Below are positions 38,438 through 52,367 of a DNA stretch of 64,000 bases, piece after piece; position 1 is the first letter of the stretch; every line of letters begins with the position of its first letter. The position numbers and the translations under genes were made by a program. The DNA lies in the NCBI GenBank assembly GCA_951406725.2, contig OX597830.1:42098001-42162000 (forward strand), in the 5' to 3' direction. Source of the stretch: Octopus vulgaris (Eukaryota). The notes beneath the pieces are model-generated. The model saw nothing but the letters and a program-made list of their open reading frames with translations. It made no database searches and was not told where the DNA came from.

Positions 38438-39290
38438 GCTAGTCAATGCGAGCTAACACAGAGTTGATCTCCCAAATGGGGCCTCATCACTGTGAGAGGG
38501 GCTGTGCACAATAATGCCACTGAGAGGAAGGCCCTGAAATGGCACACATTCTCTCTAGATGACCCTACCCGCATGTCTGCTAGTGTCTGACAGGCAGAGC
38601 ATTTAACTAGTAGCACTTGTATCTGCAAGTTGTTTGCAACTAACATAATATATACATATTTTATATACACACACCCAATGATTATTTTTTTAATATATAT
38701 TTTATATATATATATGTGATTATTTTTTATACACACACACACACACACACCTTGTGATTATTTCTTGCAACATTCTAATCACATGTCCATAGTACTGGAG
38801 CTGTGACCTCTCAATGTAGAGAAGTTACTGACTGACTAGAAATCCTTTTCAAATAATAAGTCTTTATGAGTGTGTATGTGTGTGAGTGTGTGTGTGTGTG
38901 TGTGTGTGCAAGTATATAATTCAAAGTTGTAATTTCAATGTTGTAACCAAGTTTCATTTTTCAATTCACCAGGAAGAAATTCAGAGTTGTAATAATGGAA
39001 CTTCAGCTTGAATTGAATATTCCACGCCTCTACACATGTTTGCATGCACTAACATCCATTTGCTCAATCTCTCATACACACACACACACGAAACAAATAT
39101 CTGTATACACATAGGTGTATGTATGTGCGCATGTGTGTATGTATCTATGTGCACATATATGTATATGTATCTAGTGCTGTGGCAATTTTTCAGTTTTTCA
39201 TTGCCATTGTTGCTGTTCTCATATTCCAATGTTTGCTTATTACTGAGCACTGAAAACTACCTCCCATATACATGCATACATATAGGTGTG

Positions 39291-39343
<53 letters not shown>

Positions 39344-40889
39344 ACATGTGAGTGTGTGTGTATATATATATAGAGAGAGGTGTATGTGTATATATTACAA
39401 AGAGAAAAGGAAAAGACAAGGAAGGAGGACTTCTCCTTTGAGATAATCCTGAGGCATTACTAAATTGAAATAATCCACAAACTGTGTGAGTAAAACCCGA
39501 GAATAATGTAAAAAAGACAAAAATTAAAAAAAAAAACAAAAACAAACATACAAAAATCATGTGACAATAATAAAAAGGGGCATGGCTGCGAATAGAAGTC
39601 TTGAGGTACTGCCTCAACCACACTGATGTAGTAAATACATAACCAAAGGAAACTATTGTGTCTAATAATCAATATGCCGATTCCTTCAGGCAGAAATGTA
39701 TCATCATTAAAAGAAGCTGATTTTTTTTTTTTTTTATCTTGAAATTTAGCTTCTTATTAATACAGCCATAAGGTAATTTAAAAATTACATATTATTTTAA
39801 AAATGTATAAACACTGAAAATAAGTCATGCAGTTGCGATTAGTTTCCTTAAATTAACTTTGCTGAGTCATTTCAAGTAGATTTTTGTGCAAATGTTTCTC
39901 TACTAAATTCTTTTATTCATTAAACGGGTCTAAACTAAATTAATGACCTCGAAGCAGGCAAAAGATTTATACATATAAATTTTTAGCAGTGTTGTTTACA
40001 TGTGGACAGGGTAGGTACTTCTAGACTGTGATTGGAAGAATAGCGAGGTGGTGGTAGTGGTGGCGGCAGAGAGCTTTTACAGGGTTACTTTTGTAGTATG
40101 TATAGTAATAGGATCAATAACAGCAAAAAAAAAAAGAACAAAAACAAAAAGAATAATTTTTTTAATTACAATGAAAGCTGCTTGTTGATTGCTTTCAGAT
40201 GCATCTTTTTAGATAACAATAGTTGATAACATTAAGCAGAAAATTTGACAATATCCTGAGTTATATTTTGAGACCTGCTGATTTTGATAAGCCCCATTTG
40301 ATAACATAGGGTGTGTGATTAAGGAACTTGCTTTGCAAATACATAGTTTCAGGTTCAGTCCCACTGTGTGACACCTTGAGCAAGTGTCTTCTACTATAGC
40401 CCCAAGCTGACGAATGCCTTGAGGGTGAATGCGTATGTATGTATGTATGCGTGTGTGTGTGTGTCCGTCCTCCACACCTCCCCTTCATGATAGCCGGTGT
40501 TGGATTGTTCACATCCCCGTAATTTAATGGTTTGGCAAAAGAGACCAACAGAATGGGTACCAGACTTAGAAACTAAGTACGGAGGTTGATTTGCTTGACT
40601 AAACACTTCAAGATGGTGCCCCAGCATGGTCGCAGCCCAATGAATGAGACAAGTAAAAAAAAACATAAACAAAAGATTAAAATAAAAGATAATCCATAGT
40701 GACTGCCACCATCTTTGATTGTCTCTCAATGGCAGAATAAAAAAATTGATGTGATATTGATATTGTAATGAAAAATACCTTCTGTAAAAAGGTAAGCAAG
40801 CAAAGAGCAACAGAATATAAAGGAATGAGAACAGAACTATACAATTACATTACTTCATCCATGTTCCCCAACAGTATACAGATATAGAT

Positions 40890-41253
40890 GTGGAGGCGCA
40901 ATGGCCCAGTGGTTAGGGCAGTAGACTCACGGTCGTGGGATTGTGGTTTCGATTCCCAGACGAGTGTTGTGAGTGTTTATTGAGTGAAAACACCCAAAGC
41001 TCCACAAAACTCCGGCAGGGGATCGGTGGAAAACCCTGTTGTACTCTTTCACCACAACTTTCTCTCACTCTTTCTTCCTGTATTTCAAAGGGCCAGCCTT
41101 ATCACACTGTGTTACGCTGAATCTCCCCGAGAACTATGCTAAGAGTACATGTGTCTGTCGAGTGCTCAGCCACTTGAATGTTAATTTCACGAGCAGGCTG
41201 TTCCATTGATCAGATCAACTGGAACCCTCGTCGTCGTAACCAATGGAGTGCTA
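40890..41253 (+). mobile_element. tRNA-derived SINE, family D variant; a related copy lies at about 28130-28423(-)
   Basis: TGGCCCAGTGGTTAGGGC A-box, GGTTTCGATTCCC B-box, and a 3' module shared with 33595-33770(-). Confidence 0.8.
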
Positions 41254-42501
41254 CATATATACACTCACTCACAAGCGTGTAGTACAGACACAAAATAAAA
41301 GAAAAAGGTAATACAACACAGTAGTTGCTTTATAATATTGGTTTCAAATTTTGGCACAAGGCCAGCAATTTCAGAAGTTGGGGCAAGTTGATTACACTGA
41401 CCCCTCAGTACACAATTGGTACTTGTTTTATTGACCTCAAAAGTTGACATTGGCAGGATTTGAACTCAAAACACTAAGACAAATGAAATGCCACTAAGCA
41501 TTTTGTCCAGCATGCTAATGATTCTGCCAGCTTGCCGCCTTTGCTTTATATATAATATTACTGTATTCACCAGACTATTGGATGTTGTTATACATCACTG
41601 GTCACAATGTGCTTGCTCATGTTCTTTTGGCTTTTGAATGATGCCATCCCGCTGGCTAGGTGAGCAGACCAACATTAAAGTAAAAAACGGTAAAGCCACC
41701 TTCTCGAGTCATACTGACATTTATGGGGCAGTTTCCTGGTTTCGTGGCAAGTAAATTCCCCACCTGGATGGGACACCAGTCCCTCACAGGTTTACTCATT
41801 TTTGCCAGCGAAGTGGAATTGGAGCAATGTGAAATGAAGTGTTTTGCTCAAGAACACAGCATGTCGCTCGATCCAGGAACTGAAACCACAATCTTACGAT
41901 TATGAGTCCAATACCCTGACCATTAAGCCACACAGACCAACATTCCCTTTGAAGGGAACACCAATTTGTCACAGGGTGACCTATTTACAACTGAGTTGAC
42001 TGAAGCAAAATGAAATGAAGTGTTTTGCTCAAGAACACAATGCACCATTGATCTGGGAATCGAAACTACGATCCTGTGATTGTGAGTGTAACACCCTAAC
42101 CACTGGACCAAGGACAATTAAAGTAATGTAATCCAAAATGGTAAAATGCTAAAATGATGGGATGGTCACAGCTGGAATGCTTTTCATCATAAGTTTGATA
42201 AACAACAGCAGTAAACCACACTCACCAATCCCACTCTTTCCATCACCCCATGCCTCTCTTGTGCCACATACATGCACACATGTTCGTGCACGCACACACA
42301 CACACAAAGTTAGTACTTCACAGAAATTCTTTGATATCAGAACTGCAATCCCCAATGTGACATGAACAGCCAAAACAAGTTCAAGCTGCATATGTTTAAA
42401 CTGAACATAACCCAGATTGACTTTACTGACCTGAGAGGTCATAGGTAACACCATTTTCTTTTTTTTTTTTACCTATAAGAGACAAAGAAAGGTCTACTTA
42501 C

Positions 42502-42563
42502 CAGTAATAACCAAAGCAGAAGCTTATGTCAGCTTTATAATAATTACAAATCATCTCAGGTAA
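42502..42563 (-). other. Candidate 62-nt exon
   Basis: Strong acceptor ttttctttcctttttatctttctAG and consensus donor CTG|GTAAGT. One open frame: LPEMICNYYKADISFCFGYY. Confidence 0.3.
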
Positions 42564-42875
42564 CTAGAAAGATAAAAAGGAAAGAAAATACATTAAAAAA
42601 AATTGCTTATAATTATTGGTATATTTAGGGATGGTCATATTATAGCCATTTAACCACATGCACTATATACCTGGTCTTCACTTTAGCTCTATCATTATTA
42701 TTATTATTATTCCTTATTTCAACCATCTCTACGTTCTAAGTTCAAATTTTGCTGAGATTGACTTCACCTTTCATCCTTTTGGGGTTGATAAAATAAGTAC
42801 CAGTTGAACACTGGGGTCAGCTAATCGACTCATCTCCTCCCCCAAAATTGCTACCTTTGTGGCAAAATTTGAAAC

Positions 42876-42910
<35 letters not shown>

Positions 42911-43826
42911 TACTGTGCAGGTGGCACGTAAAAAGCACCCACTACACTCACGGAGTGGTTGGCATTAGGAAGGGCATCCAGCCGTAGAAACACTGCCAGA
43001 TCTGACTGGGCCTGACGAAGCCTTCCAGCTTCACAGACCCCAGTTGAACCGTCCAACCCATGCTAGCATGGAAGGCGGACGCTAAATGATGATGATGATT
43101 ACTCTCCTTTGTCTAAGAAATCATTTGTCACACATGCTGTGACCTCTTCAATGACTCTCCATCCTATGTGTCTCTTGTTCCATTTAGTCTGTTATTAAAT
43201 GATTTACAACTAGGTAAGAAGAGAAGTACGACAAACAATCCATGGCTGGAGACATGACTGGCAGAAAAGGCTCTCGACCATTTACTGACTCAGGTGGATC
43301 CTCGTAGCCATTCAATTTTTAAAAAATTCTATATCTTTATAATTGAACATTATTAAGAGTCGCATTTAAAAACATTGCTCAAGTATTTCCTGTATTGTAG
43401 AAATATAACCAATTTACTCATTTACTTGTTTCAGTCATTTGACTGTGGCCATGCTGGAACACCACCTTTAGTCGAACAAATCGACCCCAGAACTTATTCT
43501 ATTGGTCGCTTCTGCCGAATTGCTAAGTTATGGGGACTTAAACACAGACACAAACATACATGTGTGTGCATATACATATATATTGTTGGCGTTAGGAAGG
43601 GCATCCAGCTGTAGAAACACTGCCAGATCTGACTGGCCTGGTCCAGCCTTCGGGCTTGCCAGACCCCAGTTGAACCGTCCAACCCATGCTAGCATGGAAA
43701 GCGGACGTTAAACGATGATGATGATGATGATGATACATACACACATATACATATACATACATATATATATATATATACATACATATACATGCATATATAT
43801 ACATACATATATATACATATATACAT

Positions 43827-43863
<37 letters not shown>

Positions 43864-44819
43864 CACACAATAGGCTTCTTTCAGTTTCCATCTATCAAAT
43901 CCACTCACAAGAATTTGGTCAGCCTGAAGCTATAGCAGAAGACACTTGCCCAAGGTGCCAAAAGTGGGACTGAACCCAAAACCATGTGGTTGATGAGCAA
44001 GTTACTTACCACTGCAGTTAAATTTTAACAACAAAATCTTATATGGACCCTCACGGATCATGTAGACCCCAGCTGAGAACCAATGATCTCAAGGTTTTCC
44101 ACAGTATCTGTTAACTCAATTTCACTTAAAATGCCAAAATTATGGTATGAGAAATTTTATGAGATTAAAGTCTGGATCCACCTCACAAGTCTTGGGTTAT
44201 GGTAAAAGAAATTTGTGTTTATACCCAATTCCACTCTTGCTTTAAGATGCCATGAAGTGGGACTGAACCTGGAATCAGTAACTTTCCCGGGATGCTATAC
44301 AGGGAGAGCAAAACTGGAATGGGACACTTGCCCAAAGTGCCACGCAGTGGGACCAAAGTGGAAATACATAAATTTGGTTTCACATACTTTGCTAGAAGAC
44401 ATCTCAAGGTGCTGTGCAGTGGGAGCAGGGGAGGGGTCAAACCCACTGAACAACCCCATCTACCTACTTCACTAACAAAACCCCGGGATTAATTCAAACA
44501 TATGGCAGAAAACATCCAGGATGTTGTTCGGTGGGATCAAAACCTAGAATTATGCGCTTGTGAAAGCAAACTTTTTAACCTCATGGCATTGCCAACATTA
44601 AGTTTAGGCCTGTCAGTATATTATATATAGAAACAGGAATAACAGGCGAAGCTGCAACATAAATCTCCAAGACCAGTATGGTATATATTAGTGAAAAATA
44701 AATAAATAAATAAAGTAAATATTTTATAGATTCTGTCTTGTAATATAAAGAATGTCAGTATATTTATTATCAGTAGCTTCTACAACTTTACTATCAAAAT
44801 GATAAAATGCATGTGTGTT

Positions 44820-44850
<31 letters not shown>

Positions 44851-44954
44851 TTGTGTATGCATAAGCCTTTATGATGAACATATAGATGCTACACTTTATT
44901 TAAGTACATATATACTAGATACTTAGAATCTATCAGATATAAGCTGTGCCTACA

Positions 44955-44999
<45 letters not shown>

Positions 45000-45829
45000 A
45001 TATGTATATATATACGCACATACATATATCATACACATGAATGATGTATGTACTGCAAACATAAATATATCATTTATTTATGCACACATACACACACATA
45101 CACACACACACATTTGTGTGGAGGGAAGTATATAAAATCATTGATAATACTATCACTTATACATTGCAGAAATGAAAAGCATTGCAATTCTAAAATGTGA
45201 CAAAGCACAAAAGGAAAACAAAAGAAAAACTACTATGTCAATGGAAAATACAAGAGATGCATAAAACAAGAGGGGTGTGGGCGGCAGGGAAGGAAAGGGA
45301 GACGGAGAGGGCGCATAGAATATAACAACAACAACTACTACTACTACTACTACTACTACAACAATGAGTGAGTACATTTGTCTATTTCTTAGCAAAAGGA
45401 ATGCTCCTTGATCATGGACAGAAATTTTCATAGTTATTCAGTAAGTGACCCAGATTTTAGGCATATACAAATCAATACCTGACGATATTGGATTGGATAT
45501 ACATAAAAACCAAAGACAAGAGAATTACTGTGAGAGAGAGAGAGAGAGAGAGAGAAAAAGAATGAAAGAATGAACAGACGAATGAAAGAAAGAAAAGAAA
45601 TAAAAGGCAGCTAACAAACAAACAAACAAACAATGGATAAATCGAATGAAATTTCTTAATCTAAGTCCCTCTCTCCCCACCCACCACCCACTCTCTCTGT
45701 CAATATGTGAAACATTAAAGTGTAAAACTGAGCCAGTAAAGAATTCTGAATAAATAAATAAATTAATAATAAAAACTAATTATTATTTTGAATAATGAAT
45801 CTAAGAAGGAAAAGCTAATATTAAAAAAA

Positions 45830-46500
45830 ATTGTTCCTAATTTAGGCACAAGGCCAGCATTTAAAAATTTCTTTAATATTTTTGAGGGGAGGGAGTTCTT
45901 GTCAATTACATCAGCTTCAATGTTTGGATGGTATTTTATTGACCCTGAAAGGAAGAGAGGCAAAGTTGACCTCAGAATGCAAAGAGACAGAATAAATACC
46001 ACAAGGCATTTTTTTTGTGACACTTTAGCAGGTCTGCCAATCCACCACCCCTAGGTACTACAACTACATGTTTCTACTAATAAGCAGAAGGGCTGGAATT
46101 TGGTGCAGAGTGGAGAAGCTGATTATATGACTGGTACTTTATTCCTAACAACCACTCGCCCAAAAAAGAGGTGAACGGTGAAGTCAATAAAAGAGGCATT
46201 TGAACTCAGAATGCCAAACCAGAAGAAATGCCACAGAGCATTCTGTCCAGTGTGCAAAGAATTCTGCCAGCTCACCATCTCGATATTGGTTTCAAATTTT
46301 GACACAAAGCCAACAATTTTGGGGAAGGGGTTAAATTGATTACATTGACCACGGGGCTCAACTGGTACTCATTTCATCAATGCTCAAAGAATGAAAGGCA
46401 AAGCTGACAATGACAGAATTTGAACTCAGAATGTCAAGACTGACAAAATGCTGGTAAGTATTTTGCCCAGAGTGCTAATGACTCTCCCAGCTAGCCATCT
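45830..46500 (-). mobile_element. Three head-to-tail SINE family A copies
   Basis: Repeated AGGCAAAG..GAACTCAGAATG..TCTGCCAGCT blocks. Confidence 0.8.
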
Positions 46501-48150
46501 TATTTAATATTAATGATAAAATAGATTTTAAGCTATTTTCACTATGGCTTTCTTTCTAATTATTCTTTTTCTCTGCAGTTGTTTAACCCTGACTGAATAA
46601 ACTTGTGATCAAAGGCATTTCTGCCACAACCCCACTGTCTTTTCCAATGTGCAAGAGAACCAAAAACTATATTATCCAAAGTGTTCTTTTCTGAGAAATG
46701 AGAGTGCAATTTCTAACAAACCATATGGCCACACAGAAGCCCTAGTTTTCTCTGGCTGGCTTTTTCTATTTTCATAATTGATTCTGGTAAAAAAACACCC
46801 CCCCGCTAGCATTGTAATGTTCCTTCATGCATCATTCCTTGTGGCCAATAAAAGAAATTATTACTATGTTCCCTTTATTGGTGCCCCTGTGGCAAATAAA
46901 ATATATCACCATCATTATTATTTTATGCAGTTGGCTAGTGTTATTTTAACAAGCAGCCAGTCATATATATTATATTATATATATATATATGTGTGTATAT
47001 GTACACAGACATACATATTACATTTTCTCTCTTCCTTCATTATTGCATTTTCTAATACTTCTTACAGTAACATCTACCACTACCACCACCACCACTATTA
47101 ATATGACAACTATTATCATCATCATCATCGTCATTGTCATCATCAAGTGGTAATACAAAAAGGGGGAAAAAAATGTCTTCAAAAAGGAAAGTGAATCAAG
47201 CTCCTTCCCACTCCCCTGCCAATCCCCTTCCATTCCATGGCAACCACTGATGTCTCTGGTTTATATGTTGTGGGTTAAAGTGACAGCGGTGGGGAGGGAA
47301 AGGCTTTTGTTAAGTCACAACAAATTATACACCATTTGATGAGAGAGAGAGAGAAAGACAGACAGACAGCTGAAGTGAAAGAGAATATATTTTTTAGACT
47401 GCTACAAGGTCACAAATTTGTAGGGTTTGTTTGCTTAATCAGAGGTCAGCCCTGATTAAATCGCATTCCAGTTGTGGCCATCCCACCTTTGTTTTTTTGT
47501 TTTTGTGATGGTGGTGGTGGAGGCATTGTTCAATGAGCTTGTTCTTTAATTAAGATACAATATTTTCTGGCATGCAAGGTGAATTTTTCAGACCAAAATT
47601 CACAGCCAAAATAAAAGGTAAGTCAATTTATACACCAATACAACTTTGAAGGACCAAAAATTCTATGTAAAATGCAGCCAGATTTCAAAAGAGAGCGACA
47701 ATGCTTGAATAATTAATTATACTACAAGTTTGCACTACATACTACATCAACCTGTATACTGAAAAATACAGTAACAGGCTTCTCCAGGAAGGGTACCTGA
47801 CTGTAGAAAATTTGCCGTAATGAACTGTCTGACCAATGAAAAGAGGATGTTAAATTTATGATGATGATGATGTAGACTCCATGGACATGGTTCCACTGAA
47901 ATGGTAATTCCAATATTCATGATTAAAGGCTGACAAACAGGACTTGAATCCAGCACTACAAAACGCAATGAACCATTATTATTACATCTGGTTCCTACTT
48001 ACAGCTGTTACACTGAACCATGAAAGGTTAAGGTAAGAAAGTACTCATTAAATATACAGTGTGCCTATTTCTTACAACCAAAGTAGGTACCTCCACACGG
48101 TGCCTATTTTCATTTATTCTGCCGAAGGGAGTCGGTGAGAGTTAAGTTAC

Positions 48151-48219
48151 CTCAGCACCTTTGCTCTATTAACAGCTGCCGCTTCAAATGGCAGTCTCAG
48201 ACACTTTCTCATCCTCCAA
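48151..48219 (-). other. Candidate 69-nt symmetric (phase 2-2) exon
   Basis: tattttcAG acceptor and GAG|GTAACT donor. One open frame: WRMRKCLRLPFEAAAVNRAKVL. Confidence 0.2.
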
Positions 48220-48477
48220 CTGAAAATATAAGCATGACTGACACAACTGCTAGAACATTGCACAAAATGCCTTGTGATATTTTGTTATGGCTCTTTATAT
48301 ACTGAGTTCAAATCCCACAGATGTCACATTTGCCTTTTATCCTTCCAGAGGTCAATAAGATAAGTATTAGTCAAGTACTGCGATTGATATAATCAACTGC
48401 TTTCCAACCCCTGAATTCATAGCCTTGTAACTTATGTAACATATTATGACAATGATTATTATTATTATTATTATTAC

Positions 48478-49685
48478 TGAGTGAGAGAGCAGTGCATGCC
48501 ATCAAAGTGACACTGGGATACAAATATATGAAGCTCAATACACCTATCATGACTACCTGTCTATTAAGGGTACACCAGGCACATACATCATAACCATATG
48601 TGAACAACATAGTGATCTCATATCAAGATAAACAGCATGACCTTGCAGGTGAGGCCCAGTTAGAATTTTTTTCAAGTCTAGTAGCCCATCCTACTCGAAA
48701 GGTGTCTGAATAAGGGTTGTTTAAGGGTTAGGGTTGAACAAAACACCCCTGATTCCAGGGGTCAATTATTGAAACCTCAAAGAATTCCTCTCAACATTTG
48801 GCTATGATGCTCCCCAACTACTTCTGCTTGTGATCAGAGATGCATATATCGTCAGCCACTAAGGGACATGCTCAACTGGTTAACGTCAAACAACTGACAA
48901 AGAAATCTGTGCTAATGAGTAGAATATTTGTTATAACCAGTGGTGGCTCGTGTATAGGCACTGTGAAACTGCAGCACCCCCTATTTCCACTTAATATTAT
49001 CGATAACATTCAATATAATGAGTCCTTTTGTCTTTAATTCTTTCTTTATAATTGTACATTATATAATCCTTAAGTTCAATGTCAGTAGCAATCCCCTAGT
49101 TTATGAAAGAAATACAAAAATGCTTGTATAGAACTGTGTGCTTCAGTTCCAGTGACGCAGTGTTTGGTTGTTGTGCGCATGGTCACATGTCCAAGATAGG
49201 AAGCTTCACGTTAGGGAGAGAGAGCACTGCATGAACGACAGTGCCAACCCTGGTGTTCCGGTGAAAGGTAGTGTTTCTTTTTGACTCCATGTGTGTTGTG
49301 CTTAAAAACATATTTATATTCTTGAATGTGATAAAGTGTAGAATTAGATTATTGTCCTGCTTCTAGCTTCAGGGGATTTTTGAAAAACAAAGGGGAATTT
49401 GCAGTGGTGTTCAATGAACAAATTAAACACACTACCCAGCAGAGGCTAAATTGCGAACAAATCAAATTTATGTATAAATTTTCTTTTTATATGTTTGTTT
49501 CCTTTTGCTCAATATTAAAACAAGGGCTAAAAATTTTCTGAAGCAGTTCCCCTACTAATTCTATCTACAAGCCACCACTGGTTGTAGCCCATCTTTTATA
49601 CTAAGACAAAATATGTACATAACACTTTCAATCAGTTAAAATCAGAAACCATGAGAACCAATTTCTGGTATTGTATCAGGGCATT
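48478..49685 (-). mobile_element. Family G element split by a hAT insertion
   Basis: 48478-48937 and 49581-49685 together reconstruct the reverse complement of 2029-2560 plus about 25 extra 5' bases. Confidence 0.85.
48938..49580. mobile_element. Non-autonomous hAT-type transposon, 643 bp
   Basis: TIRs CAGTGGTGGCTCGTGTATAG / CTATCTACAAGCCACCACTG (17/20). 8-bp TSD GTTATAAC / GTTGTAGC corresponds to the single GCTGTAGC in the uninterrupted family G copy. Confidence 0.85.
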
Positions 49686-49707
49686 CTATTATTATTAATA
49701 CTATTAA

Positions 49708-50239
49708 AAAGGTGGCGAGCTGGCAGAATTGTTAGCAGTATTTTGCCTGTCGCTGAGTTCAAATTCTGCTGAGGTCAACATTGCCTTTCATCCTTTCGGG
49801 GTCAATAAATTAAGTACCAGTGAAACACTGGGGTCAACATAATCAACTATCCACCTCCCCCAAATTTCAGGCCTTGTGCCTATAACAGAAAGGATTACCA
49901 TTATTATTATCATTCCAAAGTTGACTTTGCCTTTCATCTGTTTACGGACAATGAAATAAGCACCAGGGTTGCTGTGATGGACCAGTTCCCCACCCTTCCA
50001 ATTTCAAGCTTTGTGCCTATAGTAGAAAGAAATGATGAACTGGCAGAATCGTTAGCATGCTGGATGAAATGTTTAGCAGTATTTTAACCATCACTACAGT
50101 CTGAGTCCAAATTTCGCTGAGGTCAACATTGCCTTTTATCCTTTTGGGGTCGGTAAATTAAGTACTAGTGAAACACTGGGGTTGATGTAAATGACTCATC
50201 TCCTCACCCCAAATTACAACCCTTGTTGCAAAATTTGAA

Positions 50240-50274
<35 letters not shown>

Positions 50275-50770
50275 AGTGGCAAGCTGGCAGAATCATTAGC
50301 ATGCTGGGTGAAATGCTTCACCTCATTTCATCCGTCTTCATGTTCTGAGTTCAAATTCCGTCAAGGCATCCTTTCGGGGCCGATGAAATAAGTACTAGTC
50401 AAGCGCTGGGGTCAATGCAATCATCTTTGCCCCAATCAAATTTCAGGCATTGTGCCTAATAGAAAGGACTAGAACAAAGAACATTGTAACATCACAAAAA
50501 CTGGATTTCTGGATTCACTGAAAGACATATCCCTGGTAATGTTTTAATTGCTTAGGGCAGTGAGCTGGCAGAATCCTTGGCACGCCAGGCGAAATGCCAT
50601 TATGTTCTGAGTTCAAATTCTGCTGAGGTCGACTTTGCCTTTCATCCTTTTGAGGGGTCGATTAAATAAGTACCAGTTACACACTGGACTCGATGTAATC
50701 GACTTAAACCCTTTGTCTGTCCTTGTTTGTCCCCTCTATGTTTAGCCCCCTGTGGGTAATAAAAAAATAA
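49708..50770 (+). mobile_element. Tandem array of five SINE family A copies
   Basis: Heads at about 49711, 50033, 50275 and 50556, plus a 5'-truncated copy at about 49913, with (ATT)n spacers. Confidence 0.85.
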
Positions 50771-52367
50771 ATATTTGAATTGCTTTCTCACAGTCACCTC
50801 CTCCTCCCCTGTTTAAGTTAAAATAAAATAATAACCTAAAATAATTTTTTACTCTCTCTCTCTCTTTGTCTTTCCTGTTCTCCCTGTCTCTCTCATTTTA
50901 TTTTTTAGGCTGGAATGTCAAGAAGACTGTTTCAAGTGAAAGGTGTCAGCCATGCTCTCAACCAATCACTGAGCGTATAATCTCAAGACATTAAAATGAT
51001 AATAAAAACAATCTTACATTTATTTTTTTATCTTTATAACAAGAAAAGAAAAAAGAAAAAAAGAAAAAGAAAAAAAAGAAAACTGGCAATAGAAAGAATT
51101 ATCAATCATGCCACTTAGACCAGCTGGCTAACAATTTTGAAGAGGGGATTGGGGGAGGGAATAATAATAATAATAAACTCTCATTTGCCACAAGGGCCAA
51201 TAAAAATAATAACAGAAACTAACATTTAAGGCATTGGTTAAAACAATAATTTAAAATTATTGTTGACTTCAGATGACACAATGATATTGGTGATGAGGAT
51301 TATAAAAAGAAAGAAGAGACAGACAGACAGACAAAGAGGACATGTGTATGTGTGTATGAAAGTATGTATGTATGAATGCGTGTACAGTTGTCCTGTGTGT
51401 CAATCTATTAAGTTGTACAATTTATTAAAAGCATGTTGTCTCAAGTTTAGTTAATAACAACAATATCGAATCAGTGTTAAAAAAATAAAAGTAAAAATTT
51501 TAATTTCTCTTGAGTGGAGAAGGAGAGCAAAGTAGGACAAGAGTTGGTCTGAGATCTTGAAATTAGAATGAAAGTCTGGGAGCAAAGAAATGTTTTAAAG
51601 TGAACTATTCCATGTCTGTGATTAATCCTTTTGTTACCAACCTGGCTGAAACTGGCTCCGACTCTGAGTACAAAATGTCTTGTTTTCCTAAGTTTTGAAT
51701 CAAAATCTTCCACCAAACCTGAGTCACAATTTATATTCCTAACTTAGCTTAATAATAACTAAGTTATATTACTGAATTCTTTGTTATATTTTAAACAATT
51801 GAAAGAAATACAGAGCATTTCAAAATAAATACAGTAACGAAAGAGTTAAGTGGTTTTCAGATGTCTGTTGACTCTAGGATCAGATGGTGGGTTCAAGTTT
51901 TGGCACAAGATCAGCAATCTCAGGGAAGTGGGTAAGTCAATTACATCGACCCCAGTGCATAACTGGTATTTATTTTATCGAACTCAAAAAGGATGAAAAG
52001 CAAAGTCGACTTCAGTAGAATTTGAATTCAGAACATAAGGATAGACAAAATGCCTCGTAGCACTTTGCCCAACCTGTTAACAATTCTGCCAGCTGGCTAC
52101 CTTAAATAATAATAATAATAATAATGTAAGTTGCCAAAAAAGTTTTGGGAAATTTCTTGTGTAAGAAAGGCGATGTTTACAGTCAACAGTCAAATACATT
52201 GGCCTCAATACACAACTGGTACTTAATTTATCAACCAGGAAGGGATAAAAGGACAAGCCAACCGTGACAGAATTTGAACTCAGAATATAAAAAACCAGAA
52301 TAAATATTGCAAGACATTTTTCTAAATACTTTGATGATTTTGCCAAATAATAATAATAATAGTAATA

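Noticed and set aside
38443-39720. Open minus-strand frames at about 38460-38622 and 39550-39716
   Set aside because: The acceptors lack a pyrimidine tract (one is preceded by poly-A) and the peptides are unrecognisable.
40890-40965. tRNA-like sequence with A and B boxes
   Set aside because: There is no closed acceptor stem and it continues into a SINE body, so it is a SINE head rather than a tRNA gene.
42432-42472. Apparent exon with ATG (MVLPMTSQ) after a tttgtctcttatAG acceptor
   Set aside because: It lies only 29 nt from the donor at 42501, too short for an intron, and contains a poly-A run.
44235-44590. CRISPR-like repeat-spacer layout
   Set aside because: The repeats are degenerate SINE fragments with irregular spacing in eukaryotic DNA, and there are no cas genes.
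50955-50985. CCAAT box followed by TATAAT as a possible promoter
   Set aside because: Short motifs like these are expected by chance in AT-rich DNA, and there is no CpG-rich region or downstream exon support.
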